From: Saccostrea echinata
Taxonomy: Eukaryota
Direction of reading: 5' to 3'
Assembly (NCBI RefSeq): GCF_033153115.1
Contig: NW_026889813.1
Span: 7,812,001-7,876,000 of the forward strand
Length of the DNA: 64,000 nucleotides
In this document: piece by piece, positions 34,720 through 49,700 of the stretch
Position numbering within the stretch: position 1 is the stretch's first letter
Layout of the letters: each line of letters starts with the position of its first letter
Program-made: the position numbers and the translations under genes
The notes under the pieces: model-generated
What the model saw: the letters and a program-made list of their open reading frames with translations, nothing else
Told to the model about the DNA's origin: nothing
The model's database searches: none

Positions 34720-36760
34720 CTACCCTTTGATGTTTCTGGATCCCTGGCCTAACAATGGATTAACAATTGGAGGAAACATATCAGTCAAAATACGACCGAA
34801 CAATGGGTCATATTTGGGAAAGTCATTACAACGATCATAGAATTTGAAAAATATTGACTTTAAACAAGATGGTTATAACCCTGTAACATCAACTTATTAG
34901 TCAGTAGCCTGTCTCCGTTCGAAAATTGATCGTACTCAGAACATGTTCTTGAGTATCGCATCAGTTGGAAGACATAAACACCATATGCAGGTGATTGTGG
35001 AATACGAGGGGTGATGAAAAAGTTCGCGAACTAATTGAATAACTTCTTTAAAAGAAATAGAATGAAGTTTCAGTGCTTATTATTTTTTAAAGTAGTCCTC
35101 TCCGATTTTAATGCACATCTGCTATTGTTCTGCCCATGCGCGAATCACGTGATCCAGGCAGTCACGTGACATGCTCCGAAGCAGTCTGTTCAGCGAAGCA
35201 AAACGATCTTTCCGAGTATTATATTTCTTACCATGCAAGTTATTTTTTATAGCAAAAACATTCCATCTGTCAGAAATGGCCAAATCTCGGCAATAGGATG
35301 GGTGGATAAGGATATCCCTTCCCACAATTAGTATGGTGACCCATCACAACCCGAGTTCTCTGTCTCGGGAGAGTCGTTTTTCCAATGTGGATAAAGTATG
35401 GGCGCCTTCTTTTTATCATATCTCATATGATTAAAGTCTAAAGTAAACGATATTTTAGAGATTTAATGATTATGTTATTGTTAAGATATACAACCATTTT
35501 TCTAATTGTTACTTGACGATGTTTCATAAAAAATTGCTCAACTAAGGACACATCTTTTGCCCGGCTTGCTTTCGCTGGGCAACAGAACAAACATCATTTT
35601 TAACCGTCTCCCTGTCTTTACTTAAACAATCAATCCAATTAATGATTGAACTTCTGGTAAGTCTTTTGTCTTCATAAACCTTGTACAAATTATCATATTC
35701 TACTGCAAAGGAATTTCCAAGATATACGTTAAACTTTACAGCCGTTCGTTGCTCGAGTACGACTGAGTCAACCATTTTTTATCGCAAGTGACCTACATAT
35801 TGACGTCATTTTCACATTGTGACGTCACAAACACGGAGCAAAACATTTAACATGTGTTATTTATAGAACATGTGTATGACTATTTGTGTGCCAAATTTCA
35901 TTCTGATCTGAATTGTGGTTTTGTAAATATAGAGATAGTTCGCGAACTTTTTGATCACCCCTCGTATATCTACCTAAGTAGGGAAAGTTGACGATGGAAA
36001 ATCTTAAGCCATCCCATTTTCACATAGTTGTAAGTTGGCCATTAACATCTTTAGTCAGTAAAATATGTGGCAGACACTTTGGTGTCCTTTATTTTGAGTT
36101 AAAAGGGATACTAGTATGTCGAGTTGACATATAAATAAAAATGACTATTGTTAATTGATAAAACGTCATTGATATATTTTGAGAACCACGGCAAGATTTT
36201 TTCTCGTGTAAAGGTTTTGAATAATAAGATAACAGGTAGTCTAAAGGAAACAATCCCAAAAGATATTGGAAGATCTGGTCTCTAAAGACTACACAGATAT
36301 GAGGAACTCCAGCATCATAACTTTGTTATTCTTAACAAAGTAATTTTGTAGATGATCAATCACAAGACATCATGAAAACTAAGGAGTTTCATTTTTATTC
36401 TGAAAACAGTTGTCTTTGAAGCCAAAACTCTGCTCTTTAATTTAATTTAAATTATTTTGAGGAATATGTAAAGTGTTGAATAGTCGTCTGTTTTAATGCT
36501 ATTGATTTTTGAAAAGTTTCGTGATTTTAAATTTTCCAGACGTTCTCAAGAGTTATTGAAAATCGACAATTGATTTTCAACACTTCTTAAATATATTATA
36601 TCGTAGAACGCCTGACGTTTTTTTAACAGCATTTAATATTTTAGTATTTAGGAGTAAGGATATGGGCTTGGTTGAACATTTATTGAACCCAGAAATATAT
36701 CATTATTTGCAAGGATTTATGAAGTTTTGGAATCCAGTATAGATATGGTAAATCAAACTT
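34720..36760 (-). mobile_element. Decayed Naiad-type Penelope fragment (paralog of 7990-9010), interrupted by a mariner
   Basis: Collinear with 7990-9010; PYLYWIPKLHK motif near 36720-36750. Confidence 0.7.
35005..35964 (-). mobile_element. Mariner transposon, internally deleted and inactive
   Basis: TIRs CGAGGGGTGAT(G/C)AAAAAGTTCGCGAACTA with TA on both sides. Minus ORFs give EQRTAVKFNVYLG (mariner N-terminal HTH-like) and HPSYCRDLAISD (HPPYSPDLAPSD motif). Empty site at ~8288. Confidence 0.92.
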
Positions 36761-39700
36761 ACTTCGATTGATCATCAGACATATTATCAGCCCATTTTAG
36801 TAAATCAAGCTTATGCTTGGGCCATCAATTCTCAACAAAGAGGGGTTTTAGCTGCCTATTCTTCGAAATGTGGTTTTGTTGAATAAATTGTTACAACAAG
36901 CTATTACACATGAAAGAAGAAGGAATTGTAATTAATTGTAATTAATTCATTAAAAGTTTTCAATCCAAGAATGACCAAAAAATTTTGTATAAATGTCTGA
37001 GATAGGCAGAAGTCTATCTTCATTCCTAGGATAAATTTAAATTTTTAAAACCATTTTAAAACCAAATGCTAAACTTGATTACCTCCATTGATACTTAAAC
37101 TTCCCACATACTACATAAACACTGATATTTAAACATTTGATATAACGTTGTGTCTCTGAATGGTAATATTTTTTAGAATATTTTGTGTGTTGAATACCAG
37201 ACTTCAGTTATATATCTTGAATAAGTAGTACGCACTGATCAAATACCACATCAGAATTAAACCCTTGCTCATTTATTAGTTGATTTGAAGGTAAATTTGC
37301 CAGCTCAGCTTTGGTGGTGCTATTCAAATTAAGCGTCTCTTTTAGTATTTTGAACGAAGTATATGAACATACAGTACTCCGTTCGGAATCATCAACATTT
37401 TCTTTGTAACTTTTATAATTTTTCTGCATTTGTGAAAGAATATTGAAATTCAATTTACACCTTCATTCACGTGCAATGTTTTCCATCATGTGAATTTTAA
37501 TGATTCAAGCAAACCTTAAACACCACAATGTACAACTTTATTTATCTGAATGCAAACCAATCGAGAAGGTAAATGATCACCATTAACTCGGCTATTTGGT
37601 CTCTGTACTTCTTGTTCTATATATTTATAACGAAACAGTCCACAGTTACGTCTCTAGGTTGCCATTTATTACGCGTATGTTGTATTGATATTATTTTGTG
37701 ACGGTCAAGCCGTGCATTACAATTACTTCAAAAGGGTATGATAATGTGCCATGGTCTTGACATATCATTTATAAAAGATTGCAATAATAAGGATTATAAT
37801 AATGATAGAGATCATGGAGGCCAAAAAAATGATTATATATCAACCCATTTTTTCGAGATCTATGGAATGCAGTTTTTAAATCTGTGGTGTAAAATTCTTT
37901 TATTACTGAGTAGACCCTGGAAAGAACATCAGCCATTTGAAATTTTTACATGCTTCTATATCTTTGATAGCAAAAGATTTTATCATAGAATTTGGAAAAA
38001 CATATTAGATTTCAAATAAAAAAAAAACAAGGTTCTCTCCCTGTATATGGATATGCCTTATCGTTGGTTTAATTAGGATAAAATGATATAGGATAAAATC
38101 ATCGATCTTGGATTTTAATTGAAAACTTCAAGGGATATAATGAAATATTAAAACTATTACCGTAAATTTCCAATAAATCTTTCATGCTTTCGGACAAGAG
38201 TTTGATGGATTTGAGCATTTAAGGAACACTGAATAAAAATCATCCGCAGAAGCTGCTGTACACTATGATTTGGATAAACTGTCTAAGTGCAGTGCTGTTT
38301 TTATCAAACTGCATGTGTGGTTTGTCCAGTATAGGTAAGATTGTACCTTTCTTTTTGAAATCAGAATGTTTTTGTGGATGTTTATTACAGAAAAAACCCT
38401 TTCTTTTTTGAAATCAAAATGTTTTTGTGGATGTCTATTACAGAAAAAATAACCAAGTCTTTCATCCCATTTTTTCCATTATTTCTGACGCACTTGATCA
38501 TTAAATGTATTTTCAAATTGTCAGAAATTTCTTCGTTCCATGTTTTCACTATACAATAGTATTTTACATATTCTTAATAGAGTTTTCATATAGCTTCGTA
38601 ATGTTCCAATCGTATAGAAACCACCATAGTCATTGCTTCTTAATAGAGGGAATTTTGTCTATAAATCAATTTTATGAAATGATGCAAAGTCAATTGTCCA
38701 TTGCGCCTGATCTTCAATTAATGTGCTTATAAAAGTATAAACCTATATATAAGTAAAATCTATCAGGAAAATGAGGATATCTAATTATAAGAATAATTGT
38801 ATAAAGCGTTTAAGCATAATGGGTAAAGTCACATGCAGTCCTTAACAGTCAAGTGTTGCAGATTTTAATTGAGAAATAACACAATTATATAAGTGACAAT
38901 ATGCAGACAGGATGCAAATTAATATTTCTAATAAAAACAACAGCAACGGATAAACATAAAGTTTACCGTAGAAACTTTCAGTTCGAAATCCGATGTATTA
39001 TTGTCAATAGTAAGCTTTACATCTACTTCTTTACAAGATTAGACTGCTATCATACAAAGGACTGCAATTAATATGTAACTATTTAATTTTGATTGATTTT
39101 TTTCTCATTCCAATTAAGCTAGATTTTACCATTGTATTCTTGTAATGAAGAAAGTAGTTAACTAATTTTATTAATAGTATATGTATTAGTCGAAGTTTTT
39201 TTTTGGGGGGGGGAGGGAAAATATTTATATCATTCTGCTGAGTACATTGATTGAACAGACGTTGATCATAGTAAAGATTTCTGAACGTTACATACATGTA
39301 TCCCTACAAAAATTGTTCGACAACTGACAATTTTTTTTTTAAATTGAAAAAAAAAATCCCAGCTATTGAAATTCATTTTGGCTCAATTAATGAAAGAGAA
39401 GAATATTACTTATAACATATCATAACTAAATAATTCAATCTTCATTCAAATATATGACACAAAAACAAAAAAATAATAAATTTGCAAGCCTCAAGTTTGA
39501 TATTCCGTTAAAAATAATCACAATAAACTTTATAAAAACTTAACAAAAGACAATGTCGTGAGCTGTTATGTCAGTTGTAAACATTTGAAGAGGTTTCTAC
39601 AAAATATGCTTGTAGTACAGAACCATGCTTTGATTTAATCTAGTTTGTGGTGTAGGGTTCAAAGTAGTCTGTCACGTTCCAACAACTAGAAGAAGTTTAA

Positions 39701-40758
39701 ATTTTCTTTCAATTTTTTTCTCGTTTTTTCCTCCATCAAGTCAAGGATATCCAAAAAAATTTAAGAGAAATGGCCCTTTAATTTACATAGTTAATCATGC
39801 ATGTAATTCAGGTCCGTTGAAAATTATGATTATTTCAACGCGTGCATGCATTACACCAGTATGTTGGTTAACAAAATGTCGTAAATATTTATAATCAAAA
39901 CACGTGAATAACCGTGCAGCATCGTTTTGGCTAACAGTAAAACTTACTGCATGTCTGCGAGATTTTTGTGAAATTTGTTTTTTCTCCCTTTCACACCTGC
40001 AGGCATATTTACGAAGTTATCCTAGGACTAAGAAGTGTCCGCAAATAAACTTAGGACTCATGTCACTTCTTAGCGGAGTTTTCAAAAATATCTTATCGTA
40101 GGAAAATTACTAAGAATTATCCTATCTTATCGACAACGTTTTATTAATTAACAAAGTTTACTTTTATTCACATGTCGACTCGATATATCCTCATGAACTC
40201 GAAATAAAAGAATAAAAGACACAACAGATTATCCCACATCTGTTTCATATTTTGATGTTTTACAGACTAAAATTGCCCACATATAACTATTCAGTATGGC
40301 AAACGGTATGCCTTCAGCTTATTTATAATCAAAAGACGTGAATAACCATTTGACATCGTGATTTTATTTAATTCTTAGATATGGCTATGGTAACTTACAA
40401 GAAAATCAGGATTTTATTATACAATGATAATCTTTTGGGTACATTTATATCACACATTTTTCTAAACTAACTATGACTTACGGGATTCCTTTTAGTCATT
40501 CCATGAATCTTTAATTCCATTTTTATCATTATCATATTTCCTAATTTCATACTCATTAACTCAATATTCTATTCTAAATGATTTTTTAGTTGCTCCATGA
40601 AATCTTTACCATTACAATTGTTTCCTGATTAACATATTTATAAATTCAATATTCTAATCTAAATGGACGAACGGAAGAGAGTTTAAATTCCTATTCAAGA
40701 ATTTAATCATATCTTAAAACAATCCAAATGAGAAGTTACTCATCAATTGCATTTACAG

Positions 40759-43700
40759 CCGAGAGAAAAGTTTTAATGCTTCTACAGAAAGGGGGAGGTA
40801 CTGATGTACGGGATGTCTGGATAGACAACGCAAATATTACTCAGATTCATAGACATCATCTTAACCTTGACCTAAGGGAGATAATCCTAGAGGGTAACTA
40901 CAGAACTGACCTTCCGGTAGACTCTATGCCATACAACGAGGTAATTGCATTGATTTGTGAAACTATCAAACTAAATTTTCAACAGAACCAAAAGTATTAT
41001 GCAGGATTGATAATTCATAAGTGAAATGTATGGAGATAACGAACAGTATTCAAGTTCAAACGTCCCTTTAAACAATACAAATTTTGGAGCAGAGCAAATA
41101 CGGACCTCTAAAACATTAGAGGTGGGATTAGGTGCAATGGAGGAGTGGGCATCCCCTGATTTTTACTGAAAAAGCAGCTGTCAATGATATCAGAAAGCCT
41201 GGACTTTAATTTTTCGCGGGGAACGGTTGTATATATAAAGTTGAAAAGTCAAAAGTTTTTATGTTGTTGATTTAAGACTTTTTAAAAGATCTTTCCATAA
41301 AAAAAAAATCAAAACTAATCAATAAAACTAGAGAGTGTGAGTGTAATAAGTTTTCAGAACTTGTGCCAATAAAAAAACTATAAAGATATTGATATTCATT
41401 TGAAAGAAAGCAGTTATGCGAAAGAATGTTCATGATTCCCGGGGATGGTTTTCAGATTTAAGGATTTGATAGTTTTGCTTGAATGGAGTTAAGGTATATG
41501 CCCCATGCTAATTTAAATTAGACTCAAATCTTTACCGTCCTCTGTAGCTAGGGAAAAATGAAATTCGGATAAAGAAAGACACCGACGTATAAATTTAAAG
41601 AAAAAGGACTGACAATTGCTGTAAACGCTGTAAATTTCTGCATTAATAAGATTTTATATTTGATATTGCTGCAGGTACATCTTATATTTCTGAATGCTGT
41701 GGCAGATCCATTGTGGCGAATGGTTTTCAATAGAACGGCCGTTACGAGTGGAAAGTGGTTTGAAGAAGTAAAGAGATCGTCATCTAATATCTCTGGTTAT
41801 AACACTACAATAACAGTTTCAAGGTTATGGTTTATTTTTTTAAAGTAAGGTTTCAAAACAGGAAGCAGACACAGAGCTGAGCTCTCGTTCATGAAATAAA
41901 AACACTTCAAGATACAATCTACAAGTCTTTTTTGTGAGTATAAGGACCGATCAAAGATTTCAAGTTTGGGTAAGGGGGAACAACTTTATAGATCTTTATC
42001 AACACGTACCTGCTACATATAGATTTGTTTTGCTATTAGTTATGTACATGTACATGTATAAAAGTACACCTGTAGGTCTATAATAATTAGTGTATTGTAC
42101 ATGTACATGTATATTTGTTGCTGATGGTTCCAAAAAAACCATTGAGTTTTATTTAAGCTTCTATAGATAGATTTAGAAAAAGCACTATTCTTGCAGGCAA
42201 TCCCGATATCCTCTTTGTATTGGAACTGGGGGATGCACTGATCCTGCTTGGGCAGGTATTTGGAGCTCTGAGTTTACCGATTCTCCCCTTTTCCTTTTTA
42301 ATGCCGATCCACACGTCCCACAGATTCTTCCACAACGTGAGTAAAAATTCACATAATGTACATATATAGTACAAACTGATTTAATAAATACTGCTACGTG
42401 TAAGAATGGTGTATCGATGACAAATCATATTATGTTGTAATTATCACATTCTTAAATTTTGGAGAAGCAAAAAAAAAGCATTCAAATTAATTTAAAAAGT
42501 GAAAAATTAATGTAGATTTAAAAACTTAAAGCTTGCAAAAGAATAAAAACTATTATCAGATTTCCTTTTTTAATTTGATAAATCGGAATGATTGTATTGT
42601 AAAATCAAAACTATAACTATACTGAATCACACTCCAAAGGAAAAAAAATAACAATCAAACCTTCTGTTATAAAAAAAAAAGTATTGAAAGAGTACTTAAT
42701 GTAAAAAAAAGTTTTAGAGTTCAAAGCCTCAACTTAAGGAAGGTGTTTTAGATATCCAAGTGAAATTCTTTGTGGTTGGTAACGTTTCAATTTTTGTATA
42801 AAGAACAAATTGGAAGGTGTAGGAGTGTGGCAATGCAAAAAACTAGTGAAATAAAAAATCTGGGGGGAAAGACGAGTTGATGAAACAAGAATATCAGCAG
42901 TCTCGTTTAAAGTCATCATCTCGTAAGTTCTATGGTCGATACAATGACCTTGTCAGCAAATACAATCTATCATTATGTCTAATGCTGACTGACTTTTTTC
43001 ATACCAATTGTTAGACCATTATTTACACACTGAATTGTCGACGAATTTTTCCGTTATTTCCCGATCATGACAAGGAACACACGGCGGGTGTGACCGGTCG
43101 GCAGGGGATGTTCACTTCTCCATGGCACCTGATCCCAATCTGATGTCTTAGAGGTCCGTGTTTGCTCTGCTCCTATTTTGTAATGTTTAATGGACTTTTG
43201 AGCTCGAATACTGTTCGTTATCTCCACACATTTCGTAAATGAAATAGTAGAAGATAACAAACAGTGATAGATCTCAAAAAAAAAATCTACAAAGAATATG
43301 AATCGTTAACAGGGCATAAAGCACAGACCCCTGGAAATTCCAGAGGTGGGATTAGGTGCCCAGGAAGATAAGCATCCTCTGTTGACCGGTCACACCCGCC
43401 GTGAGCCCTATGTATTGATCAGGAAGACGGAGCCCTATGTATTGATCAGGTAGACGGAGTCCTATGTATTGATCAGGTAGACGGAGCCCCATGTATTGAT
43501 CAGGAAGACAGAATAATCCGTAGTCAAATTAAGTATATAAAAACAAAGGCTTATAACAATTGATTGATTTATATCAGTCAAAATACGATCCAATGATAGG
43601 TTGTATTTGCTAACAAGAACATAATAACGACCATAGGATCTACTAAATTCTGACTTTAATCGAGGTTGTTGAAATCCCTGAATCGTCAACTTATTTGTCA

Positions 43701-46700
43701 GTAGCCCTTTTTTAAAATTGATCGTACTAACAGCATGCTCTTGAGTATGGAATTAGTTGGGAGACGTAAACCCCATTTACTACATAAATTAAGTTTTACT
43801 TACATGTATTTTGTAAAATGTCTACATATCTGAGTAGTCGTGTAGCAGTTCTACTAAACGATACTCGCATCGTTCGACGGTTAGCCATATTTCTTTGTTC
43901 TCTTGGGCTATTTATTTTTATTCTAAATACGCGAACATAGTTAAATTTTCAATTGAAATATGAAACTTATTTCAATTAAACGAGGATTGTTTATTATAAA
44001 AGAAGGTCTTTTGATTTTCATAAACATATCATTTTCTCATCTCCCCCGTATATTTATAATTACATAAAAAGTAAAGAAAAGACTTATTTACTTATGTGAT
44101 CCTAATGACAAAAAATACATGACAATCAATTCGATCTATCCAATTAAAACCTGAAAACTTAATAATTGTTTGTTTTCATACAGAGTACCAAACTTCAAAA
44201 CGTCTATTTTAATTTTCAAGTGACTACTCCACACAAAGATCGTACTTTAGGACAACATTCACTGATCCTGGAAGCTTTATTTGTGTTCACTTAACACCAG
44301 AAATAGCATATTGTGCGAACATTACTTACAAAAAGGGGATACATGTATAACTTATGTAAAATACAGGGTGTTTCATAATAGATGTCACACATCTAAATGG
44401 GCATAATCTGAATATCAAGCATGATACCAAAAATACCAAAATGCCATAGACAAGCATATTGATCTGAAATTATGATATTGCAAAATATTGGGAAAATTAT
44501 AATACCATGAAGTACACTGATGATGTAATCAGTGATGTCATAATTTCAGCTGTTCTCAAAATGGAGTACAACTAGCAACAAAAATTTGAATTTGTAAACT
44601 TTTATTCATGTTATTATAAGCACGATATCCTAAATGTTGTACACGGTGTGATGAAGAAAAATATCCAGACCAGAAAGCCCTCTTCAATTTTTCATTTATT
44701 AAGGTTAATTAAGAAGTCTGAATAAAACATAATGTAAAGATGAGAGACAGTTAAATCCCCCCCCCCCCCCAAATGAGAACATTGTCAACTTGAAGTCAAT
44801 CATTGAGAAAACCTTAAGAAAGTCAGTTAGATCTGAGTTTAGGGAAATGGATGGGGACTATGTAAGTGTATTAGGTGTATTTAGAAATTTTCGATTTGAA
44901 TTGAGTGTGTTTGCATACAAGATTTCAGCATTGCAGCATTTAAAGCCAACAACTGACATTCAGAGTTGGTTAAGTTTGCAAAATTGATTGAAAGGAAGAG
45001 CGAGAGGAGTGGACGTCAGCACACACCGGTGGTTCTGAAATGACACATTTATTTAAATGCGTCTTTAAATAAAAAAATAAATATGCACTTTTAGGGTTCT
45101 AAAAAGCTAGATATAAACAGGAAATCTGTCAAGTATCATATGAAACGTACGAAGCAGTGGTCAGAAATTTCTGAATAAGAGTCTCTTAAGATATTTGGAC
45201 GATGGAAAGGAAAACACTTGCAGTATAACATGTTAGGAAATCGTTGCCATAGAAACTGAAATGGAGAATGTTGGATACATCTGACTTAAAATAATAATTT
45301 TGAATATCTGCTGATTAAAATGACATTTAAAATGTATATGTAGCTTTTGTTGCAAATTTTTCTTTCTGCCTTTAGATGCGTGACATATATTGTGAAACAC
45401 CCTGTATAAATGACTCCTGGAGAGGGGGGATGTCACATTTTGAGACGATTTCATCTGGTTGATCATCAAAAAGTACATAAACTTCACGTCTAATACATAT
45501 ATGTAATGTTCATGCAATCAATTCTTTAGTATAATTATTGTTCAACTATTTCAGAAACGATGTAAATTTATATTTTAAAATTGTTACAACCATCAGTTAT
45601 TCAAACATCAATTATTTGCGTGACTTCATCAACTTAAAATTTTTTCCGCCTTCGCCATTTTGATTGTTATATCAAAAATATTAAATTTGAATAGTAATAG
45701 CATGTTTCAAACCTCAGAGATACGCCACCAGAGCAAAATATTAATCGATGCTTCCCCAGTCCTGTTATACTGATTGTATTAATATTGCATATTTGACTCT
45801 GAAATAGCCTGCCACCTTATTGACTTTTTCAATAATTGCTATTGCCGTGCAATTTTCATTGAAAAGGACAATTTTCAGAGCACTAATCAAATCAGCTGAA
45901 TCTATCCTAGTTATTGGAAAATTAAAGTTTAATTAAGATTATGAAAATAAATCACATAACAAAGGAATTTTTCATGTCAAGATTTAGTCTAAATGCAATA
46001 TTTTTCTGGGTTTTAATATCATTTATCAATTATTAGCATTAAATTATTTAAAGAGTAGTATTATTAAGCTATACAGTCATATATTATTGTCCCCCGCTTT
46101 CGCGAAAGCGAGGGGACATTAAATCTCATTCGTCTGTCAGTCTGTCCGTCTATCACAAAAACTTTAACTTTGGTCATAACTTTTGAATGAGAAGAGATAG
46201 GGCTTTTATAATTCACATGTACATTACCTGTGACAAGATCTTTCCAAATATGATATGATTTTTGACCTCGTGACCTAGACCTTGAAGTTTGACCTACTTT
46301 TCAAAAATTTAACTTTAAATTGGTCATAATTTTTGAAAAGAGAAAAGATAGGCTTTCATATTATACATGTTTATTACCTGTGACAAGACCTTTCTAAATA
46401 TTTTATGATTTTTGACCCTGTGACCTTGACCATGAAGTTTGGCCTACTTTTCAAAATGTTATTTTTCCTTATAATTTTGATTTAGAAGAGATAGGGATTT
46501 CATCTTTGACATGTGCATTACCTGTGACAAGATGTTTCCGAGTATGCTATGATTTTTTACCCATTTTTGACCCATTCAACTTGACTTTCATGTTTGACCT
46601 AATATTCAAAAAAATTTACTTTGGTGATTACTTTTGAATGACATATGAACGGGCGTTCATGTCTAACAAAATATGCTATAAATAATGGCATCTCACATCT

Positions 46701-49700
46701 AAGACACCGAAAGCGAGGGACCACAATTCTTTGAATTTGCTTGTTCAATTCAATTCTTTATTGGAACTTGTATAAGAATGTGTTATAGCCATATATATAC
46801 ACGTACAGTATATACATTGACATATTACAAAATAAACTGTAGAAAGTTTGCTTCTAACTTTAAATCAGTGTGTAATATATAGACAATTTGTTTTTGTAGA
46901 TACAAGGTTATATGGATTAACAAAATAAGTTATTTACATCAATATTAAGTGGATTAACAAGATAAGGAATTAACATCCATGTTAATTGGATTAACAAGAT
47001 AAGTTTTTAATATTCAGTGATTTTGAATACTTTTTCCTTACATGTTCATACACAGGACAATCAAGTAAAAAATGTTTTTCATCTTGAAGAATAGTTTACA
47101 ATGGAAAAAAATTCTATTTTCTCTAGGAATGACAGGATAACAATATCTGCCTGTTTCTATATACAGCTGATGTGCACTTATTCTTACTTTGGTAAGATAA
47201 GAAAATAAATTCTTATGAAGTGGAAGACATAAATATGGTTGGATTTCTAGTTTCTTAACATCATAGTTGAATAATGATCTTTAAAATGACAGTTTACTAC
47301 ATCGAGGGTTGTTAATATGTTGAAGTTCAGAAAAGAATTTAATTTAAAAAAAAAAAATATTTAATTTTAGGACCAAACATTTTATACTTTTGTCAAAGTT
47401 AATATTCAACATCCTCTTATTGATTTAATACAAATTTGTCGACATTTTTTTTAATTTCACAAGGTAACTGCATATCGTCCAAGTAAGCATTCCTTAGTAA
47501 AACACTGTGATTATCATTTAATTTTGATATTTTTTCCCAATTTGGAATAATATTTAAAAGCAAGCCGACATATTTTGGCATGTATCACCTCTTGTCACAT
47601 TTTTGAATGATTTTAATTATTTGTTTTCAGTGAAAATCTTTTACTTATGATCTATTAATTATCCTTAGATTAATTAATTAGCATAGCCACCGTAGCGAAA
47701 TCGGACATACATAGAAATACCGCTACCATGGGCCTTTATACTAATAATATATAGGTCCCTGCCGCTACCAATTCAAAAGTGATGAAAATTAAGATATAAA
47801 AATAACCGAAAATTAAAAAAAATGTTTAAAATTCAACTGTGCTTAGCAAACCGTAAAGCCGTAAGTATCTCCAAATCAGCTTAAACAGATATGTGAAAAG
47901 GCTAAATAATCAACTTTTATGCAGGGGTTTCTTTTTTAGAAAATTTTAATGAATTTTAGGAAAATTGCATTCAAATTTACATATATTTTTATTTTTTCCG
48001 ACTAACCGATTACAGATTTTCTAACCGATTACCATGTTCCGACCGAGTAATCGGTTAACCGGTTACAAATTGGCATCCATAGTATACACACTTTTTCCGA
48101 GTACCCGGGTACTCGATCGGAAAATCGTCCGAGTAACCGATTATCAAATATTGACCGATTTGACATCCCTAGTTTAAATCATAGCAACTGCACAATTAAA
48201 AAACTGGAGAAACCAAAATGTTTGGATGACGCACAATATATAAAGGATATCTCTTTCATGATTGTCAAGACTAGTAATTGATTAGAGATGCTATCATAAA
48301 CCTAAAAGTATATATTAATTATTCAAGAGTAAGAATATTTTACCGTTGTCCCTCAGTGATACTACATTTGTACAGCATTAATGTACAAAAGATCAACAGC
48401 TAATAAAAGTAGAAACTACTTTATCTCGAACACCGATATCTCGAATATTATGGATATATGTCAAACTGAGTTGTAAGTCCTAGCCACTGTTTCTCTCTGT
48501 TTTTAATCCTCGTTATCCCGATTTGTCGGATATCTCGACGATAAATTTCGGTCCCGTCGAGTTGGAGATAATGAGGTTTGTAATTAATAATTCTGTTAAA
48601 TAAGTGTTGAGCTATGAATCATAGGGATCGGTATCAAACTATACTTGATTTTACTTTCAATATATTTTTTTGTATTTGTAGTGATCAAGTATAGCATGTA
48701 CTAGCCCCTGTGCTATGATTTATTGAATTTGAGGTATTTCTATTTAACAGCAACATGGGAGACCGTTTATATAGCATGTGAATCAAAGGAAACGTTTACC
48801 ATGGAATTTCAATATGAAGACCAAAATAGAATGAGAGTCCAGGACTGTCTGAAAAAATGTACAGATTTTCCATACATGTTAATGCAGGTATGACAAGTGT
48901 ACCTCGTAGAGTAGAGCTTAAACCCATGACATTTTCTTTTTTTTAGGATGGAGTCCAATTTTACTTATTTTAAAATCCAATTAAAATCCAATATTTCTTT
49001 CTTGAAATTATGAAATAGAAATGCTCACCATTCATCATTGTGCATAAAGCAAATTTTCGATAAATATGAAAGAGACACAAAAGCACATGTTTCGTTATCA
49101 ATGACCAATCTTGAATTTTCACAGTCTCTTAAAAAGGTTGTTATTTCATAAAGACAATACATGCGTTTACAATTATTTTTACGATAAATACTTTTGCATG
49201 TGTTAATCAATATTTCTTAAAAGCATCGAATGAGGATTCGTCAAAAGAAAAAGAAAACTGTGAATGAATTTAAGGAGGTTGGATCCTGTTATCAGAAGTA
49301 TTGAGAATTTTTCATCAAGTATATTTTTTGAATCTATACACATAGATTAATTAAAAATCAAAACCAAAAATGGGGATCAATGCGCTTCTTTCGGCGCTAC
49401 GGAGCATTTAATATGACCTTTTTGCACTGTAACTACGTCTAACACATAAATCAATTTTTGAAAGTTTTTCCTCTAATATTTTTATCCAATAAATTATGGG
49501 AACAAACACAGTCTTTTTTCGTCTTGAATGGTCTCTTTAAAATTTGTGACAACAAAAAGAGTTTCAAATTACTTCGCATAGTCAATTAATTGACCTTTTT
49601 GCACTCAGAAAATGTCATTTTTCTGGCATTAAAAATTTAACACGCAATAAAATCATTTGAAAGTAATGACATTTTTCTGAATTTAAGCAGAATGGTTAAA